A stretch of DNA of 63,942 bases, counting the filler, from Chiloscyllium plagiosum (taxonomy: Eukaryota): NCBI RefSeq assembly GCF_004010195.1. It is 5 parts of one record of this genome, joined end to end, with 100 filler letters (N's around TTAATTAATTAA, not from the genome) between each part and the next. Parts side by side here need not be neighbours in the genome. Positions count along the whole stretch, not along the records: positions 30,077 to 52,097 come from NC_057717.1; positions 52,198 to 55,886 come from NC_057717.1; positions 55,987 to 61,008 come from NC_057717.1; positions 61,109 to 63,942 come from NC_057717.1; 1 more part is not named here. One strand, given 5' to 3'. Of this stretch, positions 51,759-63,942 are shown piece after piece (the stretch's first letter is position 1; each line of letters opens with the position of its first letter). The translations under genes and the position numbers were made by a program. The notes below the pieces were generated by a model. The model ran no database searches. It was not told the origin of the DNA and was given only the letters and a program-made list of their open reading frames with translations.

Positions 51759-52097
51759 CATAGAACATAGAACATAGAACAATACAGCACAGAACAGGCC
51801 CTTCGGCCCACGATGTTGTGCCGAACATTTGTCTGAGCTTAAGCACACATCCATGTACATATCCAATAGCTGCTTAAAGGTCACCAATGATTCTGACTCT
51901 GACTCTCCCACAGGCAGTGCATTCCATGCCCCCACCACTCTCTGGGTAAAGAACCTACGCCTGACATCCCCCCTATACCTTCCACCCTTCACCTTAAATT
52001 TATGTCCCCTTGTAACACTCTGTTGTACCCCGGGAAAAAGTTTCTGATTGTCTACTCTATCTATTCCTCTGATCATCTTATACACCTCTATCAAGTC
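51759..52097 (-). mobile_element. Young CR1 3' end
   Basis: Open C-terminus EVYKMIRGIDRV..FFTQRVVGAWNALP; (atagaac)n tail. Confidence 0.95.
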
Positions 52098-52197
52098 NNN
52101 NNNNNNNNNNNNNNNNNNNNNNNNNNNNNNNNNNNNNNNNNTTAATTAATTAANNNNNNNNNNNNNNNNNNNNNNNNNNNNNNNNNNNNNNNNNNNN

Positions 52198-52930
52198 GAT
52201 AAATAAGAATGCGGAATACAGGGTTAACGGTGGGGTTCTTAGTGAGGTGGAGGAACAGAGGGATCTTGGGGTCTGTGTTCATAGGTCTTTGAAAGTTGCC
52301 ACTCAGGTGGATAGAGCTTGTAAGCAGGCCTATGGTGTATTAGCGTTCATTAGCAGAGGGATTGAATTCAAGAATCGTGCAGTTACGTTGCAATTGTACA
52401 GGACTTTGGTTAGGCCACAGTTGGTGTACTGTGTGCAGTTCTGGTCGCCTCGCTTTAGGAAAGCTGTGGAAGCTTTGGAGAGGGTGCAGAGAAGATTTAC
52501 CAGGATGTTGCCTGGAATGGAGAATAGGTCGTACGAGGATAGGTTGAGACTGCTAGGCCTTTTCTCGTTGGAACGGCAAAGGATGAGAGGTGACTTGCTC
52601 GAGGTTTATAAGATGATCAGAGGAATAGATAGAGTAGACAGTCAGAAACTATTTCCCTGGGTACAACAGTGTGTTACAAGGGGACATAAATTTAAGATGA
52701 AGGATGGAACGTATGGCGGGGATGTTAGGGGTGGGTTCTTTACCCAAAGAGTGGTGGGGGCATGGAATGCCCTGCCTGTGGGAGTGGTAGAGTCCGAATC
52801 TTTGGTGACCTTTAAGCGGCAATTGGATAGGTACATGGATGGGTGCTTAAGCTAGGACAAATGTTCGGCACAACATCGTGGGCTGAAGGGCCTGTTCTGT
52901 GCTGTATTGTTCTATGTTCTGTGTTCTATA
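52198..52930 (+). mobile_element. Young CR1 3' end with an open 202-aa ORF2 tail
   Basis: ORF 52247-52855 QRDLGV..LYRTLVRPQLVYCVQFWSP..WNALP; ttctatg tail. Confidence 0.96.
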
Positions 52931-52999
52931 GAGGGTGAAGCACGTATGGAACAAGCTGCGAGAGGACGTGGGAGAGAAGAGCACAATTATAAAATTTAC

Positions 53000-54005
53000 A
53001 CAAGTAACACAGAATATTACAGCGGAGTACAGGCACGTCAGTCCACTATGTTGCGACGATCAGTAAAATCAAACTGCATCCCATCTGTCCTATACTATTC
53101 CCTTTTCGTCCATATATCTCCTTCGTAAGCATTTAAATACACTTAAAGCTGACAGGTCTACTACTGTTGCAGGCAGAGCATTCCACACTCCTTCTACTCT
53201 CTGAGTAAAGAGACATCTGTCCTATATGTATCACCCGTCAATTTAAGTCTATGTCCCTTATGCTAGCCGTCAACATCCAAGGATAATGGCTCTCACTGTC
53301 CGCCCTCTTAACCGTCTCGTAATCTGATGTTTCTGAATTAAGTCACCCTCAACCATCTTCTCTCGAACGAAAATAAAAGCCCAGGTACCTCAGCCTTTCC
53401 TCGTATGACATTCACTCCGTACTAGGCAACATCCTCGTAAATCTCTTCGGAACCATTTCCAAAGCATCCACGTCCTTCCTGCAATTCAGTGACCATAACT
53501 GTGCGCAATACTCAAAATGCTGACGCACCAGCGTCTCGTGCAGCTGCAGCGTGATCTCGTGGTTCCGAAACGCAATCCCTCTACTAATTAAACTTAACAT
53601 AACGTATGACATCTTATCAAACATGTCAACCTGTGTGGTGCCTTTCAGGGATCCATGTACATGGACAACGAGTTTTCCCTGCTCAAGAACACTGCTAAAA
53701 ATCTTACCATTAGCCCAGTACTCTGTATTCCTGTTACTGCTGACAAGGTGAATCGACTCACACTTTTCCGCATCACTATGTCGCTCTGTAAATTACAACA
53801 TTCTTCAGCTTTATCCACCACTCTTCCAAACTTAGTGTCACACGCAAATCTATTCTCCCATCCCTATACGCCCTCATTCATGTAGCTTATAAAAATGACA
53901 AATAGCAGTTGACCCAAAAGAGATTCCTGTGGTATGCCACTCGTAACTGAACTCCAAAATGAGGATATCCATCAACCCCCTCCCTCTGTCTTCGTTCAGC
54001 TCACC
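53000..54005 (-). mobile_element. CR1 3' fragment
   Basis: LVRQHFEYCAQLWS..RFTRMLP. Confidence 0.88.
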
Positions 54006-56418
54006 AAAATCTTTTGGGCAGGTACACGGATAGGAAGGATTTAGAGGAATACGGACGTGGGAATGTGGGAATAGTTCAGTTTAAGAGACTAGTTCGGCAT
54101 AGGTCAAACATTCTATATCTGTACCGGATCAGTCTAAGACTGAAAGACATCACTTGTCTTCCATGACTAATTATTTGTAGCATCAATCTATTTCCAAGTG
54201 AAAAGTCCTCCTTCAGTAGTTCTAATCATCTTGTTCTCCAAACTTTGAATGGTAATTTCCTGACATTAATGTAATTCTACAGGCCACAACAGCAGCGGAA
54301 GCAGGATTGTGTTCAAAAACAAACTGTACATTTCTTTTTCCTGGGGCAATCCCTCAGTCTAACAGTTCCTTAAAGCCGATTTATGATTCAGTGACGTATG
54401 TGGGTGAACATGTTATGTTCAGAACCATGTGTACCTAAGACTGATGACAAGTCGTTGAACGTATCAGACTTGACTGCTTGCATTTCAAACAGCACAACGA
54501 ACGTACTAAAGAGAGGGCAAAATAATCCCAAGAGCATCACATATAATCCATGCCGTGCAGTCCCCCCACGTCATATCTAAATGATGATGGACTATTGAAC
54601 AGCTCACTGGAGGAGACGGCTCCAAACATATCCCCATCCGAATTAATGGAACAGCTTTGCATATCAATTTAAAAGCGAAATATGTAGCATCTGCACCATC
54701 CCCATGCCTTCCTCCCCACGTCGATTGCCAGATGGCAGTCGTCAACCAATTCGATTGGCTGAACTTGACGTGCAGGAACGGCTGAACCCAGTAGATACGA
54801 AAAAGGCAATGGTCCCTGACCCAATCACTTAAACAGGACTATAGACATGTGTTGCACAATAAGCCGTGTTCCAGCGGAAACTGTTTCTATCCAGCTACAA
54901 CTCTGACATCTATCCGGGAATGCAGAAAATTGTTCAACAATGCCTGTTTCTACACTGTAGAGATTCTAAAATAATATACAAGAAAGACATTCAATTATAT
55001 CGAATTTCTCCGGCGTCGTCATGGCTAAAATTGGGCACAGCATCCCGCCCTAACTTAGGTATTGGAAAAGTAAACGGAAAACACGGCCCTGTCGACCTGC
55101 AGAGGCCTCCTTCTTAACAACTGAGATCTTGTGACAACATTTACAGAGCTTTCTTACAGGCTGCACAGGAACATCGTGAAAGAAGGAGGCCCGGAGGCCA
55201 TTAAAACAAATGAGCCTCTGCCCATTCTAGTTGATGGCTGAACATCTCTGCAAAACAGTATTAACACAGCGTTAGCACCGTATGTACATACCCATAAATG
55301 TGATTGACCATTAAAAAGAAAATAAAAAGGAACGGCAGTCGTCGATTCGAGTAATCGATTTCCCTTCCCGAATCAATCTAACAATATCTGATCTTTCATC
55401 TCCACATCACACGCTGTCTCTCGTCACAGCACGGTTCTGCCTCGAAATCTTTTTTTATTCAAACTCAGTGCTTTGATTCCACAGTCTGAGGCTGTGAATA
55501 ATTCTCCAAAATTTGCAAGTTTCTAAGTGCAGACATTTATCCTCATCTCAATGCGGAGTGGTCTGCGTTATGTAATACAGTGGCCCCTTGTTTTAAAATG
55601 GGAATTATCATCCCAGTTTCGAATCCTTGTCGCCCTGTCAATGTTTTATACATTTCACTTAGATCTCGATTATGTTTCGCAAACCTCATGCAAAAAGGCA
55701 CAGTCCACCCAAACACTGCTCACTCAAGCCTGTCAATCCAGAGTTCAGTCTGGTCAATCTTCGCTGCATTGTAGTTCAAGCCTGCTGTCGATCAGATGGG
55801 TTCTATAACAACGTACTTCATAGTGACATCCGATGTTTCCCATTCCTTGATGTAAAGGTATCTTTTTGGTGGATCTTGCTCAGTCANNNNNNNNNNNNNN
55901 NNNNNNNNNNNNNNNNNNNNNNNNNNNNNNTTAATTAATTAANNNNNNNNNNNNNNNNNNNNNNNNNNNNNNNNNNNNNNNNNNNNGGGTCAATTTCCTC
56001 GAGCTATCTTAGTACAGGTTCATAATTATGGAGATAATGAGAGAATTGAGAAAGATTCCAGAATGCATGAAAAGATCTGAAGGCCCTAGTTTATGAGGAT
56101 TTCTCAGCGTCGGTGATCCAGAAAAGAAAATCCTGTAATGGCGTGAAGAGAAGACGAAGGGAGCTTGGGATCCAGTACTCTCTGAGGTATCTGGAAGTGC
56201 TTGGGATCACCTTAGATGGATCTGTACATCTCCTTGACACGTCAGAGAAGGCAAGAGACTTTGTGGACGCCTTAACCTACCCAAACAATTGAGTGTTTCC
56301 AAACAGTGGTGTTGTTTGCGTTTGTCTTTGTTTTCTTTTCTTTTAAAACAGAAGTGGAAGTCCGGTCAGGGCTTACTTTTCCCATCATTTTTGTTTGCAA
56401 TAATTTTCTCTGAACTAT

Positions 56419-59089
56419 AAGAAAGTGAGGACTGCAGCTGCTGGAGATCGGAGCTGAAAAATGAGTTGCTGGGAAAGTGCAGCAGGTCAGGCAGCATCCA
56501 ACGAGCAGGAGAATCGACGTTTCGGGCATAGGCCCTTCTTCAGGAATGAGGAAGGTGTGCCAAGCAGGCTAAGATAAAAGGTAGGGAGGAAGAACGTGGG
56601 GGAGGGGCGTTGGGAATGCAATAGGTGGAAGGAGGTTGAGGTGAGGGTGCTTGGCCGGAGAGGGGGTGGGGGCGGAGCGGTCGGGAAGAAGATTGCAGGG
56701 CAAGAAGGCGGTGCTGAGTGCGAGGGTTGGGACTGAGATAAGGTGGGAGGGAGGGGAAATGAGGAAGCTGGAGAAATCTGCATTCCTCTCTTGTGGTTGG
56801 AGGGTTCCAAGGCGGAAGATGAGGCGCTCTTCCTCCAGGCATCGTGTATCCATGGTCTAGCGATGGAGGAGAGACCGGAAAGACAACTCCCTCAGCGACT
56901 CCCTCGTCAGGTCCACACCCCCCACCGACCCAACCTCCATTCCCGGCAGACTGCGCCTGACCCACCGAACACATCTCTGCATGCCTTGACTCGGTCCTGT
57001 CCCCCTCAGTCCAAGAACTCCCCAACTATGTTTGGGACACCACCCACGCTCTCCACCTCCTCAATGATTTTCGATTCCCCGGCCCCCAACGCCTTATCTT
57101 CACCATGGACATCCAGTCCTATACACCTCCATCCCCATCACGAAGGCCTCAAAGCCCTCCACTACTTCCTTTCCCGCCGAACCAACCAGTACCCTTCCAA
57201 TGACACCCTCCTTTGACTGAGTGAACTGGTCCTTACTCTGAACAACTTCTCTATCCAATCCTCCCACTTCCTCCAAACCAAAGGAGCAGCCATGGGCACC
57301 CACATGGGCCCCAGCTATGCCTGCCTCTTCGTCGGATATGTGGAACAGTCCATCTTCCGCAGTGGCACTGGCACCACCCCCCACCTTTTCCTGCACTACA
57401 TCGATGACAGTCTCGGCGCTACCTCGTGCTCCCACGAGGAGGTTGAACAGTTCATCCACTTTACTAACACCTTCCACCCCGAGCACAAATTTACCTGGAC
57501 CGTCTCAGACTGCTCCCTCCCCTTCCTAGACCTCTCCATTTCTATCTCGGGCGACTAACAACACGGACATTTACTTTAAAACGACCGACTCCCACAGCTA
57601 CCTAGATTACATCTCCTCCCACCCTGCCTCCTGTCAAAACGCCATCCCATATTACCAATTCCTTCGCCTCCGTCGCATCTGCTCCCAGGAGGACCAACTC
57701 CTGGGCGGCACGGTGGCACAGTAGTTAGCACTGCTGCCTCGCAGCGCCAGAGACCCGGGTTCAATTCCCGCCTCAGGCGACTGACTGTGTGGAGTTTGCA
57801 TGTTCTCCCCGTGTCTGCGTGGTTTTCCTCCGGGGGCTCCGGTTTCCTCCCACAGTCCAAAGATGTGCAAGTCAGGTGAATTGGCCATGCTAAATTGCCC
57901 GTAGTGTTAGGTAAAGGGGTAAATGTAGGGGAATGGATGGGTTATGCTTCAGCGGGTCGGTGTGGACTTGTTGGGCCGAAGGGCCTGTTTCCACACTGTA
58001 AGTAATCTAATCTGTAAGTAATCTAATCTAACTCCAATATCGGACAACACAGATGGCCTCCTTCTTCAATTTCCCCTCAGACGTGGTTGACGCTACTATC
58101 CACCACATCTCCTTTACTTCCCGCTCCTCCACCCTTGAACCCGGCCCCACTAATCGTCACCAGGACAGAACCTCTCTGGTCCTCACCTACCAGCACACCA
58201 ACCTCCAGATACATCGTATCATTTCTGCCACCTTCAAACAGACCCCACCACCAGGGATATATTTCGCTCCCCTCGCCTATCAACGTTCCGGAAAGACCAC
58301 TCCCTCCGCGACTCCCTCGTCAGGTCCACCCCCCACCAACACAACCTCCACTCCCAGCACCGACCCCGGCAATGGCAAAAAACGCACAACTTGCACCCAA
58401 ACCTCCCCCCTCACTTCCCTCCAAGGTCCGAAGGGATCTTTCCATATCCGTCAAAAATTCACCTGCACCTCCACACACATCATTTACTGCATCCATTGCA
58501 CCCGATGTGGCCTTTTCCACATGGGGAGACAGGCCGCCTACTTGCGGAATGTTCCAGGGAACATCTCTGGGACACCCGCGCCAACCAAACCAACCACGCC
58601 GTGGCTGAACACTTTAATTTTAATTCCCCCACTACCCTCCCACTCCGCCAAGGACATGCAGGTCCTTGGCCTCCTCCATTACCAGACCATGGCAACACGG
58701 CGCCTGGAGTTAGAGAGCCTCATCTTCCGCCTAGGAACACTCCAACCACAAGGGATGAACGCAGATTTCTCCAGCTTCCTCATTTCCCCTCCTCCCACCT
58801 GATCTCAGTCCCAACCCTCGGACTCAGCACCGCCTTCTTGACCTGCAATCTTCTTCCCGATCTCTCCGCCCCCAACCTCTTTCCAGCCTACCACCCTCAC
58901 CTTTACCTCCGTCCACCTATCGCATTCCCAACGCCCTTCCCCCAAGTCCCTCCTCGCTACCTTTAAGCTTAGCCTGCCTGGCACACCTTCCTCATTCCTG
59001 AAGAAGGGCTTATGCCCAAAACATCGATTCTCCTGCTCCTTGGATGCTGCTGACCTGCTGCGCTTTTTCAGCAACACATTTTTCAGCTC
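56419..59089 (+). mobile_element. Penelope-like element (RT + GIY-YIG) with inverted termini and 15-bp TSD
   Basis: TTTTCTCTGAACTAT at 56404-56418 and 59090-59104. RT GAAMGTHMGPSYACLF..HYIDD; HIIYCIHCTRC. Inverted arms about 56450-56871 and 58671-59089. Confidence 0.95.
57702..58029 (+). mobile_element. Young HE1 SINE inserted in the Penelope RT
   Basis: Complete HE1; TSD AACTCC at 57696-57701 and 58030-58035. Confidence 0.97.
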
Positions 59090-61108
59090 TTTTCTCTGAA
59101 CTATGTTTCGCTGTGGTTCAGATGTGTACTTTCAGTTTCTAAGTTAAATTATATCAATGAATGTTCGGTGATAACCCTTTCTTTTTAAAATTTCATTATT
59201 CACATTGCTATTCCATGGTGCATTATCTTTCTTTTCTGCTTGTGTTTGCGGTGCGGATTCAGCTAGGCGGAGGACGGGAAATGGTTGGCATGGTTAGACG
59301 CGTACTAACATGTAGTTCATGTCCGGTTCGAGTATTTAAATGCCCGGGCCACAGTATTGCAAGTGGAATGGGAATATGGATTTTGGGATGTGTACTTGAA
59401 TTGCTTGGACAGTGGTTGAGTTCCCCTATTCAACGCTGTTGGCGCTTTATTTGATGATTATTTTTTTTTCGTTTTCGTTGAATATAACATTTGATAACTT
59501 TGTAGCTTTGTTAATTGTGACAGTTTTAGTTTATTTAATTTTTATTTTCGATGGGACTTGCAACACTAAGGCTAACCGATTTGTGGTTCGAGTTCCTCCA
59601 CACTGGAATCTAAATGTTACTGCAGACGTTTATTGCTAATGACTTGATTAAATGGTGTATATGGCCCAACAAGGGGAGTTACTGAACAATTACGAGGAAG
59701 ATGGTACTTTCGAGTCTTAGAAAGGAAAAAGTGGATATTGCATTGTAACAAGAGAAACACGTGGATGAGAGGGAGCATTTGAAACGAAAGCAGAATCGCT
59801 TTGATTGGGTTTCCTTTTCAATTTCCAGTACCAGAAGGAGGGGAATTGCTGTATTATTTCAAAGGAGTATCCCATTTAAGTTACTAGAGTGCGTTAAAGA
59901 CACACATGGGACGTTTGTAGTTCTGAAAACCCTGAAAAACCGGGAAGGATATGATGATTAAATGTTAATTGCCCTCCGACATATCCCATCAAATTTCTGG
60001 TAGGTGTATTCTCTAAATTGATCAACACGAGTCCCGGAATATCATTGTAGGTGAAGATTTTCATTGTCTCAAGGATCCCACAGTAGACAAGCTGCCGGAA
60101 GCAGCACCCCCCACACCCCCTGATACCTTCTGTACAGATTAAACTATTATTGCACCTGTGTCAGGAATCAGAGTTGATGGATGTCTAGCGTCTCCACCCT
60201 ACAGACAGGAATTTTACGTTTTTTTTTAACCAATTCACACGATATCACAACAGGAATGTTTTTTTTACAAAACCCCGTGGCAATCTTGTACATGGTAGTA
60301 ACGTGTACGTTTTGTAATATTACCATCTCTGATCATGCTCCAGTGTGACTGTTGGTTAAGATTTAGGAATTTACAGTGGGCCTGAGGAATTGTTGATTGA
60401 TTCCCTTCATCCTTAAGGATAATAACATTGTGGAGTACTTCTCCACGGAATTTCTGACGTTCCTAGACATTAACTTAGGTTCGGTTAGTACCCAGTCTAC
60501 ATTTGGAAAACTGGAAAAGCCTATTCCGGGGGTAAATTATTTCCTACTCTGATGCAGTAAAAGGCAGAAGACCGAACAGCAATATCTCCATGAAGCACAG
60601 TTGAAGGCGGCTGAGAAGGCTTAGTTGAGAGGACCTCGTTGGTCAAGCTACAGAAGATTATGGCGCTGGGGTCTGCAATGAATGCCATGCTCATGCAGAC
60701 AACAACAAAAAAGAGCGTACTTTCACAAAGCAACGTTTTTATGAGCTTGGTGACAAACCAAGCAATTACTAACGATATCTCGTCAGGAAAAGCAGCGCCC
60801 GTTAAACCATTACTTGGATTACGGAAACGTCTGGGAACCTAGCATGAGCTTCCAATAAGATTGATGTGGCATTCCAGAGATTTTATTCTCAGTTATACCG
60901 ATCTGTGGTCTGTGACGAGCGGCGGGTCAAGATAGATTCCTTGTTCAAGGATCTAGAGCTCCCACATGTAAACCCTGAACAAGGAGCTTTTCTCAATTCT
61001 CCGTTATTNNNNNNNNNNNNNNNNNNNNNNNNNNNNNNNNNNNNNNNNNNNNTTAATTAATTAANNNNNNNNNNNNNNNNNNNNNNNNNNNNNNNNNNNN
61101 NNNNNNNN

Positions 61109-62990
61109 TGGCAATTAATGTGTCTCCTTTTCTTGTACATCCCGCAGAGGCCAGAAACCATTATAGGTAAATGGAAGGTTGTAAACGTGATTCAAGCATG
61201 ATGCATGAACAGAAAGGATGGAAACATTTACAAAGGGAAGAAGAGATAGTGTGGAGAACTGCAGGCCAATTAATTTGACAACTTCAGGGAAACTGTTGGA
61301 ATCTATTATATAGGATGTGCTATTGGGTATTACGAAATTACCAGCAATATTGGATATAATCAGTTTGCATTTCTAACACAGGAATCATACTTGATAAACT
61401 TCGGAATTGTTTGAACTTATTTCTTGCAGTGCAGACAACGGAGAACCAGTAGAAATGGCACATTTGGATTTTCAAAAGGCTTTGTGTAAGAACTCAGGCA
61501 GAGTGTTCGTAAATACAATTAATGTGAAGGGCATTTGGAAGAATACATGTAAGTGGAAAGTTGCAGTTAGGTTAGCCTTCATTTAAGGGAATCGGATTAT
61601 AGATGTTAAGACATGTTGAAACAGTTAGCGAGTTTTGAGAAGATTTGTAGCTCAGGTTGAGGTTCGAGATGTAGGTTTGATCACTGAGCTGGAAGGTACA
61701 TTTTTAGATGTTTCGTCACCATACTAGATAACACCTTCAGTGCGCCTCTGGACGAAGCACTGCTGATGATTCCTACTTTCTATGTATATGTTTGTGTTGA
61801 TGATGTCATTTCCTATGCTGATGCCATTTCCTTTGGTTATGTCATTTCCAGTGTTTTTCTCTTCTTATGGGAGGTAAATCGGGTCCAAGTCAGTCTGTTT
61901 GTTGATAGACTTCCGGATGGAATGCCATGCTTCTAGAAATTATCGTTCATGTGTCTGTTTGGCGTGTCCTGGATGGATGTCTTGTCCCAGTCGAAGTGGT
62001 GCCCTTTCTCATCTGTATGTAAGAATACTTGTGAGAGAGGGCCATGTAGTTTCGTGACTAGTTGATGTTCATGTATTCTGGTGGCTAGTTTTCTGCCTGT
62101 TTGTCAAACATAATCTTTATTACAGTCCTTGCACGGTATTTTGTAAATGACATTATTTTTGCTTGTTGTCTGTATAGGGCCTTTCAATTTCATTAACTGC
62201 AGTTTTAGTGTGTTGGTGGGTGCCAAGAGTAGTCTGGTAGTCATTTCCGATTTGTCTTTGATCTAGGGTTTCTGGACGCGTTTTGTCTGCTTGTTTGGGT
62301 TGTTGCTGAGAAATCGGCTGACTGTGCTCAATGGATACACGTTCTTTTTGAATACACTGCATAGGTGACTTTTCTCTACTCTGCGTTGTTCCTCTGTGCT
62401 GCACTGTGTGGTGACTCGTTGGAATAATGTTCTGATGCAGATTCGTTTGTGGATGTCTGGGTGATTGCTTCTGTAGTTTAATATTTGTTCCGTATATATT
62501 GTTTTCTTGTAGACGCTGGCTTGAACTGCAACTTTGAAGACGATCTGGATCTCCCTGCACACCAGGAACAGAAAGCAAAATTGCAGGTAAAGAAATCAGT
62601 TAGAAAGATAAATGGTGCGTTGACCATCATTTCAAGGCGATTTCAGTACAGCAGTAAGTGTGTGATATTGCAGCTGTACAGGGCCTTGGTGAGACCAAAT
62701 CTCGAATTTTGTGTAATATTATATGTAGTTTTTGTTTCCTTGCCTCATAGAAGAACAACTGGACATAGGGGGAGAGGAGCGAAGGATGACCAGACTCATC
62801 TCTTGGAGATTAGGCTTGTGGTGGGAGCAGAGTTTGTGTCGACTGAGCCTGTATTCCATTGGGTTTAGGAAAATGAATGGAAATCTCAGAGAAATACATA
62901 AAACTCTATCGGGAGAGACAGACTGGAAGCAGGGATGGTACACCCCTGGCTGAAATGACTAAATAATTGCCACAGTATTAGATACATAGG
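61109..62990 (+). mobile_element. Old CR1 RT fragments interrupted by a minus-strand Penelope (about 61625-62570)
   Basis: ENCRPINLT and LDFQKAL to the left; LYRALVRPNLEFC to the right. Penelope VYKKTIYTEQILNYRSNHP..HKRICIRTLF with a damaged hammerhead at 61707-61740. Confidence 0.85.
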
Positions 62991-63942
62991 GTAGAGGATC
63001 ACTGAAGGATAGGCGATCAGCCATCATGACAGGTAGTTCTCCCTTAATTTGGAGCTGTAATTCTGAGGAACACTATGCTACTAAAAATCATGCAATATCA
63101 ATAATGTGTGAACAACAGGCGAATGGACAAACCGTGAAAAATATAATTAAAAATCAAAACAAAAATAGTAGTTAGCTGAACAAAAATGATACCTCAGTCT
63201 AAGTAAATGTTAATTCATATATATTGTAATAAATAATGCAGTAAGTGAAGCACTTCAACAGTACTTTCACTGACTCCAGCCTTGTACATTTCACCAAGCG
63301 CTTCGCCAGAAAGCAAGCGAGCTGACTGAACACGTGATGCGGAAACAGATTTCCAGTTCTCCCCAAAATTCTCCATCCGGTTTGAAATAAATTTTTTTCC
63401 AAATATAGACTACAATTCCCAGATTCAAGCTCAGTTTCATTGTTTACACAATTGTTTAATTTCTATTTTAGCTAAACACACTGAGGGTGCATTTTGCAGA
63501 CAAAGGATCCTGAGGCTGGGTTTTGCTGTTCAGCTGGAGCCGGGGATGGAATCGAGTAATAGTGAATGGGAACTCGCTTTATAAAAGCAAGTTCGACAAT
63601 TCACTCATTGCATTACAACCATATCACGGTTAATAAACACGCATTACAAGAAAACGGTAATGCCCTAGCAAAGTCGAAGGAGCGAAGGGGCTAATGCAGT
63701 TTATATTTGTTGATATTTATCCCATTAAGGTTTGTGCACGATTTGTGTGAGCAGTGAGTTGAGGAGATGTTCAGCCATTAACTTGAATTGGGGTGGCTGA
63801 ATGGTTTGAGTCAACTACACCTTTCCTGATGTTTCTGTGCAGTCTGTGGGAACACTCCGTAAATGTTGTTACAAGCTCTCAGATGTTCAGAAGGAGTACT
63901 CTGCAGTGTTAACAGGACTGTGTTTCCTGTTTCATTTTCTCA

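Larger units (their letters stand above)
55987..61008 (+). mobile_element. L1-clade LINE (ORF1 C-terminus, spacer, ORF2 endonuclease) split by a Penelope insertion
   Basis: ORF1p PRAILVQVHNY..DFSASVIQKRK..GIQYSLRY (55997-56270). EN KVDIAL*QEKH, RGIAVL, IIVGEDF, ISDHAPV (59640-60350). Confidence 0.9.

Noticed and set aside
51759..52930. Large inverted pair of young CR1 3' ends
   Set aside because: The copies are separated by an artificial linker and are not identical; contigs commonly break at young repeats.
63300..63942. Possible promoter or 5' exon (E-box cacgtg, TATA-like tttataaaa, terminal pyrimidine tract)
   Set aside because: Short motifs expected by chance; no coding sequence within the window to anchor them.

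Overview
Eukaryotic, repeat-dominated genomic DNA. The HE1/V-SINE, CR1, Penelope and L1 repertoire points to a cartilaginous fish, probably a carpet or bamboo shark (inference). The window is not one continuous sequence: four artificial 100-bp linkers (44 N + TTAATTAATTAA + 44 N) join five separate pieces, and there are three ordinary N gaps. Most of it is decayed retroelements: one full-length and many partial CR1 LINEs, HE1 SINEs, Penelope-like elements with minimal hammerhead ribozymes and inverted ends, an L1, a Gmr1-type Gypsy (integrase before RT), and class I endogenous retrovirus remnants (gag/RNase H; env + PPT + LTR). Host-gene material is limited to the intact last coding exon of a cathepsin L-subfamily protease, a C2H2 zinc-finger pseudogene and weak HIPK-like exon remnants. 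The most unusual signal is at about 1.1-3.3 kb: two divergent, stop-interrupted reading frames whose motifs are collinear with adenovirus DNA-binding protein (E2A DBP, minus strand) and L4-100K (plus strand), in the adenoviral arrangement. This is a candidate endogenous adenovirus-like element, found by manual alignment against remembered sequences, and it needs profile-HMM or structure confirmation.
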